Position numbers and translations under genes: made by a program. Positions 58,001 to 64,000 of a DNA stretch of 64,000 nt are shown one piece after another (the stretch's first letter is position 1; each line of letters begins with the position of its first letter). This DNA comes from Candidatus Bipolaricaulota bacterium (GTDB lineage Bacteria; Patescibacteriota; Patescibacteriia; UBA11705; DATKZF01): the NCBI GenBank assembly GCA_035528115.1, contig DATKZF010000002.1:5751-69750 (forward strand). The letters run 5' to 3'. Under the pieces are notes generated by a model, which made no database searches, was not told the origin of the DNA, and was given only the letters and a program-made list of their open reading frames with translations.

Positions 58001-59245
58001 GCAGTCCTGGGGACAGGACACGGTGGTTTCGCCATCTCCGCACACGGTGTTGCCGCAAGGCTCGCCGCAGTCGGCCGGACAACTGACCGTGCCCTCGTCG
58101 GGAGAGCAGAAGTCATCGCCACATACCACTCCGCAGTCCTGCTGGCAGTTCCAGGTACGCTCGGTGAGGCCGCAGAGGCCGTCACCGCAGTCATCGCCGC
58201 AGTCGAGAGGACAATTCGTCGTCCCCTCGCCCGGGCCACAATCGCCGTCACCGCAGTACGTGCCGCAATCGGCAACACAGTCCAGAGAGGACTCCGTGCC
58301 GTTGCAAACTCCGTCGCCGCAGAGACTGGCGCAGTCTGCCGGACAACTCATGGTCGTCTCGGCATTGTTGCACGTCCCATCGCCGCAGGCCGTGCCGCAA
58401 TCGTACGGACAGCTGGCCGTGTTCTCGACTCCGTTGCAGGAGCCGTCGCCGCAGGCCGTGCCGCAGTCGTGCGGACAGTTCTGCGATGTCTCGTGCGCCG
58501 GGTCACAGAACCCGTCGCCGCAGTAGCTCTGGATCGGGGGCGCGCAGCCCTCGTCCACGAAGCCGTCGCAGTCGTTGTCCAGTCCGTCGCTGCAGACCTC
58601 GGGCGCGCCGGGGTAAACCGACGCGTTCAGGGGCGCGCAGTCGACGTTGTCGGGAGAGCCGTCGCCGTCCTGATCGGGCGGAGGCGGCTGACCGCAGTCG
58701 GCCGGACAGGTCACGGTCGTCTCGCCGTTGTTGCACGTGCCGTCGCCACACCACATGGTGGGCTGGCCGCCGCAGTCGGCCGGACAGCTCATTGCCGTCT
58801 CGCCGTTGTTACAGCTGCCATCGCCACACCACACGGTGGGCTGGCCGCCGCAATCGGCCGGACAGCTCATTGCCGTTTCCGTGCCATTGCAGCTGCCGTC
58901 GCCACACCACACGGTGGGCTGGCCGCCGCAATCGGTCGGACAGCTCTGCTGGGTCTCGCCGTTGTTGCAGCTGCCGTCGCCACACCACATGGTGGGAGAC
59001 TGGTTGCAGTCGGCGGGACAGTTGACGGGGGTCTCGATGGCGCTACAAACGCCATCACCGCAGACCGCCGGATTCGAACCTTGGGAGTTGTCGTACTCCC
59101 AATCGTTCGGCACGCACCGATGATCATCGGTGCAGTAGTGCCCTTCCGGGCAATCCACTCCGCCATTGCACTGCTTGTTGTCATCGCCACAACCGGCGAG
59201 AAGCAGCGCGACCAAGGCCACCAGGAACCAGAAACGTGCCTTCAT
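52028..59245 (-). CDS. giant secreted lipoprotein (2,405 aa) composed almost entirely of ~100 tandem Cys-rich CGDGxC-x4-5-E[TS]-x3-CPxDCG repeats
   Basis: Start chosen at [20 protein letters not shown] (lipobox) with GGGAGGA RBS. N-terminal MopE-like motif [33 protein letters not shown]. About 18 % Cys. Third-position GC strongly elevated. Confidence 0.8.
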   Translation of the reverse strand: MKARFWFLVALVALLLAGCGDDNKQCNGGVDCPEGHYCTDDHRCVPNDWEYDNSQGSNPAVCGDGVCSAIETPVNCPADCNQSPTMWCGDGSCNNGETQQSCPTDCGGQPTVWCGDGSCNGTETAMSCPADCGGQPTVWCGDGSCNNGETAMSCPADCGGQPTMWCGDGTCNNGETTVTCPADCGQPPPPDQDGDGSPDNVDCAPLNASVYPGAPEVCSDGLDNDCDGFVDEGCAPPIQSYCGDGFCDPAHETSQNCPHDCGTACGDGSCNGVENTASCPYDCGTACGDGTCNNAETTMSCPADCASLCGDGVCNGTESSLDCVADCGTYCGDGDCGPGEGTTNCPLDCGDDCGDGLCGLTERTWNCQQDCGVVCGDDFCSPDEGTVSCPADCGEPCGNTVCGDGETTVSCPQDCGMQCGDRACNGTETNAACPEDCGDECGDVFCGPDEDTISCPADCGNVCGDASCGALESSAICEADCGQSCGDGHCSADEDSVKCAADCGEYCGNTVCALTETTASCVADCGNSCGDGSCNGLETTASCPADCGENCGDGTCGPGENSGVCPADCGDDCGDGVCGASETTTSCEIDCGATCGDAFCSPSLEDTVKCPSDCGEVCGNGVCGPDESTVTCLSDCGELCPDGACNGGETPATCPEDCGDTCGDGYCGFDETAASCPADCGDDCGDNACSGAETTANCPEDCGSACGDGYCGPEESSSSCFADCGEFCPDGTCNGAETYSSCPEDCGDSCGDGYCGFDETAAKCPADCGDDCGDNACSGAENPASCPEDCGDACGDGYCGPDENSVTCPADCGAACGDTACNGTETSATCPEDCGDSCGDGYCGSDENTIRCPIDCGEPCGNTVCGVGETSINCPADCGMQCGDGTCNGTESSVTCPADCGELCGDGFCATNEDSTDCPLDCGDDCGDGICGLSEDTVSCEADCGTACGDTFCSTMETTSGCPADCGTSCGDGRCDGAETTVSCPADCGQSCGDGACNGGESFSNCPEDCGDSCGDGYCGPDEDTVSCFVDCGHFCGDGACNDTETPATCPADCGDTCGDGTCGASETTVTCPADCGDVCADGACGASETSVSCEADCGEVCGDNYCSPSENSVRCPTDCGEPCGNTVCGVGEDTINCPADCGQQCGDGTCNGLETFASCPGDCGDGCGDGYCGASETTISCPADCGDACGDGLCGESENSASCEADCGVECGDNYCSPTESDVSCPADCGEPCGNGVCGVGEDTVTCPSDCGFVCGDTYCDPTAETPATCAADCGDACGDGTCGSSESSTTCPVDCGDVCGDNTCGSTEDSASCEADCGVECGDAYCSSSSETTLTCPADCGEACGDTYCSANESTASCPADCGTSCGDDRCDGAETTISCAADCGTQCGDGFCDNGESSATCPDDCGDSCGDGTCGSSETSASCEADCGVECGDNYCSPNETTLTCPADCGEPCGNLVCGPEEDTITCPMDCGFVCGDSACNGSETSVTCPADCGDACGDGTCGSSESSTTCPADCGDVCGDSTCGSTEDSASCEADCGVECGDAYCSPDSETSATCPADCGDYCGDGYCSTSESTWSCPFDCGVTCGDGRCNGSETSVTCATDCGTQCGDGQCDTATEDEGSCPADCGDFCGDSACGSSESSVTCPDDCGTNCGDAACNGAETPASCPSDCGDACGDGTCGASETTSSCPADCGPYCGDGACDTSEDTVTCALDCGTECGDGTCNGTETTVTCMTDCGESCGDGWCSSSEGSMNCPADCGPSCGDGVCNWGETTWSCLTDCGAQCGDAYCAAGETSTNCAVDCGDACGDTVCGSSETPASCESDCGVNCGDGFCGSGENTVRCPDDCGERCGNGVCGNGEDTSSCPADCGSTCGDTSCNGAENSATCPADCGDSCGDGTCGSSESSTSCPDDCGDICGDGACGRNEDSSSCEPDCGQECGDAYCSQNESSATCLPDCGESCGDGYCSMSEGTWICPLDCGSSCGDGACNWTETTLNCPADCGLECGDGFCAAGETSASCAVDCGDSCGDMVCGESENSVSCESDCGAVCGDAYCSPNEDTRTCPADCGENCGNKICGVGEDTVTCPSDCGYVCGDDACNGAETQVTCPADCGNACGDGTCGESETTTSCPADCGDACGDTTCGASEDSSICEEDCGQECGDAYCSQNENSATCPADCGSVCGNGDCTPGETTLNCPADCGTRCGDHVCNGGETSANCAGDCGQNCGDAFCDAAVETSINCAADCGSLCGDGICNGFESSVNCEADCGWECGDTLCSANENTRTCPADCGEPCGNGFCGVGEDTINCPADCGVICGDGACVAPETPVTCASDCGSSCGDGFCGLGEDTVSCRADCGVVCGDSVCRASETTNSCPADCGEVCGDLFCSQNETPDSCPLDCGVAP

Positions 59246-59559
59246 GGTTTTCCTCCCGTGTTCGGCACTGTAAAGAAACGCGAAACTCAACTCTTGAGTT
59301 TTCGGTTGTCAAAGGTCAGCCAATTTGGCTGGAAGCAATGAAAAAGCAAAAAATTTTTCACTATTTCCAGCCAAATTTCATTCCCAAAGACGCAATTTTT
59401 GCACCTTATTAGGACAGCTAAACTTAACAAAAAAACATAGTTTTGTCAAGTTTTTTGGGCTATTTTTTAAATACACAATTTTTTGCCAATTTGTCAAGTT
59501 TATTTTTTAATAAATTTAGCCAAAACTTCCACTTATGAAGTCGATTTTAAACGGATTAA

Positions 59560-59625
59560 CTTACAATCAGAAAAGCGGCTCCAAACATGTTGGAACCGCT
59601 TCCTTTCCACCCGCATTGCGGGTAA
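59560..59625 (-). terminator. tandem hairpins (gcggctccaaacatgttggaaccgc; acccgcattgcgggt) downstream of 59638-61350 gene
   Basis: Read on minus strand: hairpins followed by TTTTCTGATT. Confidence 0.45.
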
Positions 59626-59637
59626 ATAAGTTAACGA

Positions 59638-61350
59638 TTACTGATTTCCTCCGGCGGCCGTGGCCCCGGGGAGGTACATTTTCAAGGCCGCCCCGGTGCC
59701 GGTGCACCAGAGGTAGCCGCCGGCGACGGCCTGAGGATCGGACTCGTCGCAAATTGCGCCGTAGTCCGCCCAGTCGATCGGGTGGCCGGAGTTTGACGAG
59801 TCGTACTGGACGTACGTAAACTCGCAGACTCCGGAGTAAAGGATGTCGCTCGGCTGGAATCGAAATTCGATCCAGCCATCCATGTCACCGTCGTAGAACG
59901 GCCCCATCCTGCCGTCCCAGACATACGTGATGCCCAGCTGGGGACAATCCCCCAGGATCCAGACCTCCGTGTCGTTGCTCACGTATTTACGATTGAGCTT
60001 GACACAGTTGGCCTCGTACGGGCAGGGCTCGGCCACGACGTCGTCGCCGGTCTCAGTGGGAGCAGACGACCCGCTGCATGCCTCCCAGTGGAAGGTGCAG
60101 TCGGCGTTGCACCACAGCGTCCCGGTCCAGCCGTGCTTGGCGCACGACTCGCCGTTCAGCTTGGTGTAGTCGCACTCCTCGCCGGCGTCGATGACATCGT
60201 TGCCGCAGGTCGGCGACGAGTCTCCCCCGCTGCATGCCTCCCAATGGAAGGTGCAATCGGCGTTGCACCACAGCGTCCCGGACCATCCGTGCTTGGCGCA
60301 CGACTCGCCGTCCAGCTGGGTATAGTCACATTCCTCGCCCGCGTCGAGTACGCCGTTGCCGCAGGTCGGCGACACCTCCCCGCCGCTGCATGCCTCCCAA
60401 TGGAAGGTGCAGTCGGCGTTGCACCACAGCGTCCCGATCCAGCCGTGCTTGACGCACGACTCGCCGTCCAGCTGGGTATAGTCACATTCCTCGCCTGCGT
60501 CGAGTACGCCGTTGCCGCAGGTCTGCGACACGTCTCCACCGCTGCACGCCTCCCAGTGGAAGGTGCAGTCAGTGTTGCACCATAGCTCTCCCGACCAGCC
60601 GTGCTTCGCGCACGACTCGCCGTTCAGCTTGGTGTAGTCACATTCCTCGCCCGCATCCAGGATATCGTTTCCGCAAACCCCGGAAGGGTCAGGATCGGGG
60701 TCGGGCATGGGATTTGGCGAACACGACTCGTCGGTCAAGCCGTCGCAGTCGTTGTCCACTCCGTCCCCGCACTCCTCGTTGTAGTACTGGCACGCCCCCC
60801 ACTGCCTGTTCTGGCAATGGGTGATGCCGATCTTGCAACCGGTCGGGGTGTAGCACCAATCGACTTGATTGGTCTGGCACTCGACCGTCGACAACGGCCG
60901 CTCGTTGACGTTGACGTCCACGTCGTTGTTGTTGTCGACATTGACGTTGTCAACGGCCTCGCACACGCAGGCGTTGACCGTGACGTCAACGTGCGTGCCG
61001 TCCGGACAAGTGACGGTCGCTTGCCCGTCTCTCGCGGGCGCGCTGGTCTGCTCAGCGAAGCAGAACTGCTCCGCCTCGCTCCAGCTCGCGCCGGTCGGAC
61101 AGAAAGCGCACTTGCCCGTCGCGGTCAGGTGAGCCCCGACCGGACAGGTCTTGCCCGCGCCGCTCTCGTATGGCGGCGCGTACGCATTCTGGCCGGTGAC
61201 TGCCGGCTGGTACTCGTAGCCAGCTTCCACACAAGCGCCGTCTTCGGCGCAGAAGTGCCCCGAAGGGCAACTGTTTTCGAAACACCCCCCCGCGTCTCCG
61301 CAGGAGGCAACCAGGAAACAGACGAAACCAAGAAAAATCAACCGTTTCAT
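59638..61350 (-). CDS. secreted Cys-rich repeat protein with four near-identical 50-aa Myxococcus-type Cys repeats and a MopE-like metal-binding motif
   Basis: Signal/lipobox MKRLIFLGFVCFLVASCG. Four tandem repeats of CGNGVLDAGEECDYTQLDGESCAKHGWSGTLWCNADCTFHWEACSGG. GDGVDNDCDGLTDESC. C-terminal domain shared with 61641-63194. Confidence 0.75.
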   Translation of the reverse strand: MKRLIFLGFVCFLVASCGDAGGCFENSCPSGHFCAEDGACVEAGYEYQPAVTGQNAYAPPYESGAGKTCPVGAHLTATGKCAFCPTGASWSEAEQFCFAEQTSAPARDGQATVTCPDGTHVDVTVNACVCEAVDNVNVDNNNDVDVNVNERPLSTVECQTNQVDWCYTPTGCKIGITHCQNRQWGACQYYNEECGDGVDNDCDGLTDESCSPNPMPDPDPDPSGVCGNDILDAGEECDYTKLNGESCAKHGWSGELWCNTDCTFHWEACSGGDVSQTCGNGVLDAGEECDYTQLDGESCVKHGWIGTLWCNADCTFHWEACSGGEVSPTCGNGVLDAGEECDYTQLDGESCAKHGWSGTLWCNADCTFHWEACSGGDSSPTCGNDVIDAGEECDYTKLNGESCAKHGWTGTLWCNADCTFHWEACSGSSAPTETGDDVVAEPCPYEANCVKLNRKYVSNDTEVWILGDCPQLGITYVWDGRMGPFYDGDMDGWIEFRFQPSDILYSGVCEFTYVQYDSSNSGHPIDWADYGAICDESDPQAVAGGYLWCTGTGAALKMYLPGATAAGGNQ

Positions 61351-61570
61351 GAAACCTTCTCCTTGCCGCGATTGCGGCTCCGTCTTGAACTTTTAGGCAA
61401 CTTGCCTATGGCTGAAAAGTAAACAAAAAGCCTCTCAAATCTACCTTTCAATCACAGGCAAATTCCGCTAAATTAACATATAAGTATATCATATTTAATC
61501 AAAAAAGTCAATAGTAAATAGAAAAAAACTCCAATTTTAACTTATTTTAGACAAATTTTTAAAATTAGAA

Positions 61571-61636
61571 GACGCTCTCGGTAAAGACCAAGAGCGTCAG
61601 TTGTGCATCCCCTCGTTGAGGGGGGTTGTTTTGATT
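61571..61636 (-). terminator. tandem hairpins (gacgctct..agagcgtc; cccctcgttgagggggg) downstream of 61641-63194 gene
   Basis: Two perfect stems between convergently ending and starting minus-strand genes. Confidence 0.45.
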
Positions 61637-61640
61637 CTTG

Positions 61641-63194
61641 CTAGAAGTGCAACTCGCCGTCGAGCCAGCAGCTGGTGGCGTCGCACTCCACCTGGAGCCC
61701 GCACTTGAAGACGGTGCAGTATAGCCCCTGGCCGCAGCACGCCAGAGGATTCGCGTAGTTCGCGCAGTCTCCGTACTGCGCGAAGTCGAACGGATCCCCG
61801 TCCATGCTGTTGTCCGGCTGGACGTAGGTGAACCGCAGGGTTCCCACGCCGGCCGGGACGATGAATTCGTAGTACCCGTCACCATCGGTATCCGTGAACG
61901 GACCGAGGCGATCGTCCCAATCGTAGCTAGGGCCACCGAACTTGGTCGAGCCCTCGACCACATGTCCGGCTTCGTCGATCTCATCGCCCAAGACGTAGAT
62001 CTCGGGCGAGTTGCTCGTCGGGAATCCCTTGTACAGACCGATGACTCGGCCTCCCAGGGACTTCACGATCTCCGTGCACTCGAAGTTGACCGGGCCCGGA
62101 CAGGCGCCGCAGTCAACCGCGCAGGTGGAGCATGTCTCCGTGCCCGCGCAGAACCCGTCTCCGCAGATGACGGGATCCTCGGAACCGCACGCTTCCAGGT
62201 GGAAGGTGCAGTCCGGGTTGCACCAGAGCTCACCGGTGTCAAACCCCAGTGACTGGCAGGTCTTGCCGTTGAGCTGGTAGTTGTCGCACTGCTCCGTGCC
62301 CTCGAGCACGTTGTTGCCGCAGATCTGAGTCGGCGTGGGCGGCGTGTTGGAACAGCCGCTCACGTCGAAGTGACACGACTCCAGGCACCCGAGGGCGCCA
62401 CCACCGTTGTAGCCGAGCGTCAGGCAGGTCGCCCCGCCGAACGCCAGGCCGTCGCATTGCTCGCCGCTGTCGAGGAACCCGTCCCCGCAGTGGCTGACCG
62501 GCGGCTGCGCGCACCCGTCGTCGGGCACACCGTCGCAGTCCTCGTCGATGCCGTTGCCGCAGACCTCAACCGCGCCCGGGTGGACGCTGGCGTTGAGGTC
62601 GTTGCAGTCCTGCGACGCCGGCGACCCGTCGTGGTCGCGGTCCGGGTCGCAGTCGGCCGGACAGTTGTCGAAGCTCTCGCCGAGCTCGCACTGCCCGTTG
62701 CCGCAGATCGGTCCGCCCGACGGCGGGCAGTCCTGCGGACAGTTGGCATTGTTCTCGCCATTGCCGCAGGTTCCGTTGCCACAGATCTCTGTGGCCGACA
62801 GCGGCGGGATGATGTTGTTGACGATGACGGTACTTCCGCCCTCAGGCTTGTCCGCGCAAACGCCGTTGTTGTTCGCGGACACGCCGTCCTCGTCGCAGTG
62901 ACCGACCTCGGCGCGCGCGTCGTCGAAGACGCAGCGCGTGCCGGGCAGGCACTCGTCGTTCGTGATGCACCCGGGAACGCACTTGAACGCGTTCTCCGGA
63001 CACGCCAGCTCCTTGACCTCTCGACAGACAGTGCCGCAGGAGCATTGCCCCTGATCGGCTCCGCTGACGTTGGTCCCGCAATCGGGGTAGTTCACAGCCT
63101 CACAGCTGGGGACTACGGTGTAGTTTTCGTCCGTGCCGCAACCGCTCAGCGCGGCCGCGACGACCAGAGCCACCAGACACAACATGCTCTTCAT
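61641..63194 (-). CDS. secreted Cys-rich lipoprotein, paralog of 59638-61350 (MopE-like motif + Myxo-type Cys repeats + shared C-terminal domain)
   Basis: Start at MKSMLCLVALVVAAALSGCG with AGGAGAG RBS. DCNDLNASVHPGAVEVCGNGIDEDCDGVPDDGC. CGNNVLEGTEQCDNYQLNGKTCQSLGFDTGELWCNPDCTFHLEAC. Confidence 0.75.
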   Translation of the reverse strand: MKSMLCLVALVVAAALSGCGTDENYTVVPSCEAVNYPDCGTNVSGADQGQCSCGTVCREVKELACPENAFKCVPGCITNDECLPGTRCVFDDARAEVGHCDEDGVSANNNGVCADKPEGGSTVIVNNIIPPLSATEICGNGTCGNGENNANCPQDCPPSGGPICGNGQCELGESFDNCPADCDPDRDHDGSPASQDCNDLNASVHPGAVEVCGNGIDEDCDGVPDDGCAQPPVSHCGDGFLDSGEQCDGLAFGGATCLTLGYNGGGALGCLESCHFDVSGCSNTPPTPTQICGNNVLEGTEQCDNYQLNGKTCQSLGFDTGELWCNPDCTFHLEACGSEDPVICGDGFCAGTETCSTCAVDCGACPGPVNFECTEIVKSLGGRVIGLYKGFPTSNSPEIYVLGDEIDEAGHVVEGSTKFGGPSYDWDDRLGPFTDTDGDGYYEFIVPAGVGTLRFTYVQPDNSMDGDPFDFAQYGDCANYANPLACCGQGLYCTVFKCGLQVECDATSCWLDGELHF

Positions 63195-63505
63195 GTCTCT
63201 CTCCTGTTGGGTTGCAATTTCGCGTGTTGTCAAGGTTCGTGCTGCCTCACTCGAGGCATTTTAATGACTCGCATTGATGCGGGGCATGAAAATGATTCAA
63301 GTGAAAGGAAAAGATTTCTCCACTCCGTCGTCCTTCGCCAAAGCTTCGGACGACTTCGGTCGAAATGACAAGAGTGTAAATCCTGAACTGCGCCTGCTTC
63401 TTTTCAGAAACAAACGCGGTTCAGGAGACCAACGAATAAGTGATTCGCTGGCTCCACTCCACTCCTTTCCGCCTTCAGTTGAAGGCCACGATTACGGCTA
63501 GTCGC

Positions 63506-63925
63506 CTAGTCGCCGTAGCCGTAGTAGGACTTTTTTGTCCCAGCGACGTGATGGCAGTGGCCAGTGCCGCAGACGATTGCGGTAATCAGTAGCCCAAGGC
63601 CGGCAGCGCTCCCAGCGGTGATACCGAAGATCTCCCAGCCCGTGAGCTTGCGCCCCTCCACGATAAACGTTGTGTCGTCGTGGTACTCGAGCGTCTGGTT
63701 CTGGTCGCTCTGCCCCTTGACCGCTCCGCTCTGCCGTCGCAGAAGCTTCTGCGGATCGGGCGGGACCAAGATGTTCTTGCCGTCCGAGCAGGTTACGCTC
63801 AGACTCTGGTTTTCTGCGGCGACGACCTTCGCCGCCGGGCACACAAGAGTGCTCCCGTCTTTGCAGGAGAACACCAGGCCTCCATCGGAGGTCGGCGTCG
63901 GCTCCTTGACGATCGGGCAGACCAT
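63506..63925 (-). CDS. hypothetical Cys-containing protein with C-terminal TM anchor. N-terminus may lie beyond the window end.
   Basis: ORF with about 60 % GC. Hydrophobic C-terminal segment ITAGSAAGLGLLITAIVC. The frame stays open towards position 64000. Confidence 0.35.
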   Translation of the reverse strand: MVCPIVKEPTPTSDGGLVFSCKDGSTLVCPAAKVVAAENQSLSVTCSDGKNILVPPDPQKLLRRQSGAVKGQSDQNQTLEYHDDTTFIVEGRKLTGWEIFGITAGSAAGLGLLITAIVCGTGHCHHVAGTKKSYYGYGD

Positions 63926-64000
63926 CTGCCCGCTGTCCGGCTGGGGCGACGCGGCCGTCGCCTCGTTCGAGGAACGGCGCGTCGTCGTTCTCGTCGAGGT

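Noticed and set aside
52022-59341. 2,439-aa plus-strand ORF antisense to the giant gene (plus many nested 60-250-aa ORFs in all frames between 52 and 59 kb)
   Set aside because: It is a product of 65 % GC repeat DNA lacking stop codons in several frames. The translation is Ala/Arg/Gly/Val-rich low complexity with no signal peptide, RBS or domain-like periodicity. The minus-strand frame has a lipobox signal, RBS and a regular Cys-repeat architecture.
59682-63368. Antisense and out-of-frame ORFs inside the two Cys-repeat genes (e.g. 60088-60585, 60601-61422, 62370-63368)
   Set aside because: Same GC-driven artefact. Arg/Ala-rich translations overlap well-supported minus-strand CDSs.

Overview
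This 64-kb contig comes from an AT-rich bacterium, about 30-35 % GC over most of its length. Its reduced-genome, CPR/Patescibacteria-like gene content is an inference. The window has three compositionally distinct parts.

(i) 1-13.3 kb holds at least 10 co-oriented plus-strand gene units. Each is followed by a 90-160 bp imperfect palindromic repeat. The stem sequence differs in every copy but stays complementary, and the ends are conserved as RYYYAAC ... GTTRRRY with extra unpaired bases on the 3' arm. This is the architecture of integron attC sites, so the region reads as an integron-like cassette array or CALIN (cluster of attC sites lacking an integrase). No intI or attI is in the window. 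Any integrase would lie left of position 1.

The cassettes encode small membrane and hypothetical proteins, an AadA-like nucleotidyltransferase, a P-loop kinase, a SAM methyltransferase and, unusually, a complete metG. They also hold a frameshifted AstE/AspA pseudogene and a truncated kinase fragment. Two small GC-rich reverse-strand ORFs sit inside or between attC-like sites.

(ii) 13.3-52 kb carries housekeeping genes. These include glyQS, frr, holB, mreB, murJ, cysS, dus, corA, an ackA-pduL pair, GT2/GT4 glycosyltransferases and an hrcA-grpE-hsp20-dnaK...dnaJ heat-shock cluster with a CIRCE operator at hrcA. Arrays of short YGTAA direct repeats (TCTTGTAA, TTCGTAA, TTTGTAA) fill the intergenic regions. 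One copy is inserted in-frame inside a GT4 gene. Two GCAGGCAGG-bearing structured repeats and small GC-rich islets are also present.

(iii) 52-64 kb is an abrupt block of about 65 % GC. It encodes three secreted, extremely cysteine-rich repeat proteins. The largest is a 2,405-aa lipoprotein made almost entirely of about 100 tandem CGDGxC...CPxDCG units. Its neighbours carry Myxococcus-type Cys repeats and MopE-like CxDGxDNDCDG motifs.

No tRNA, rRNA or CRISPR array was recognised.
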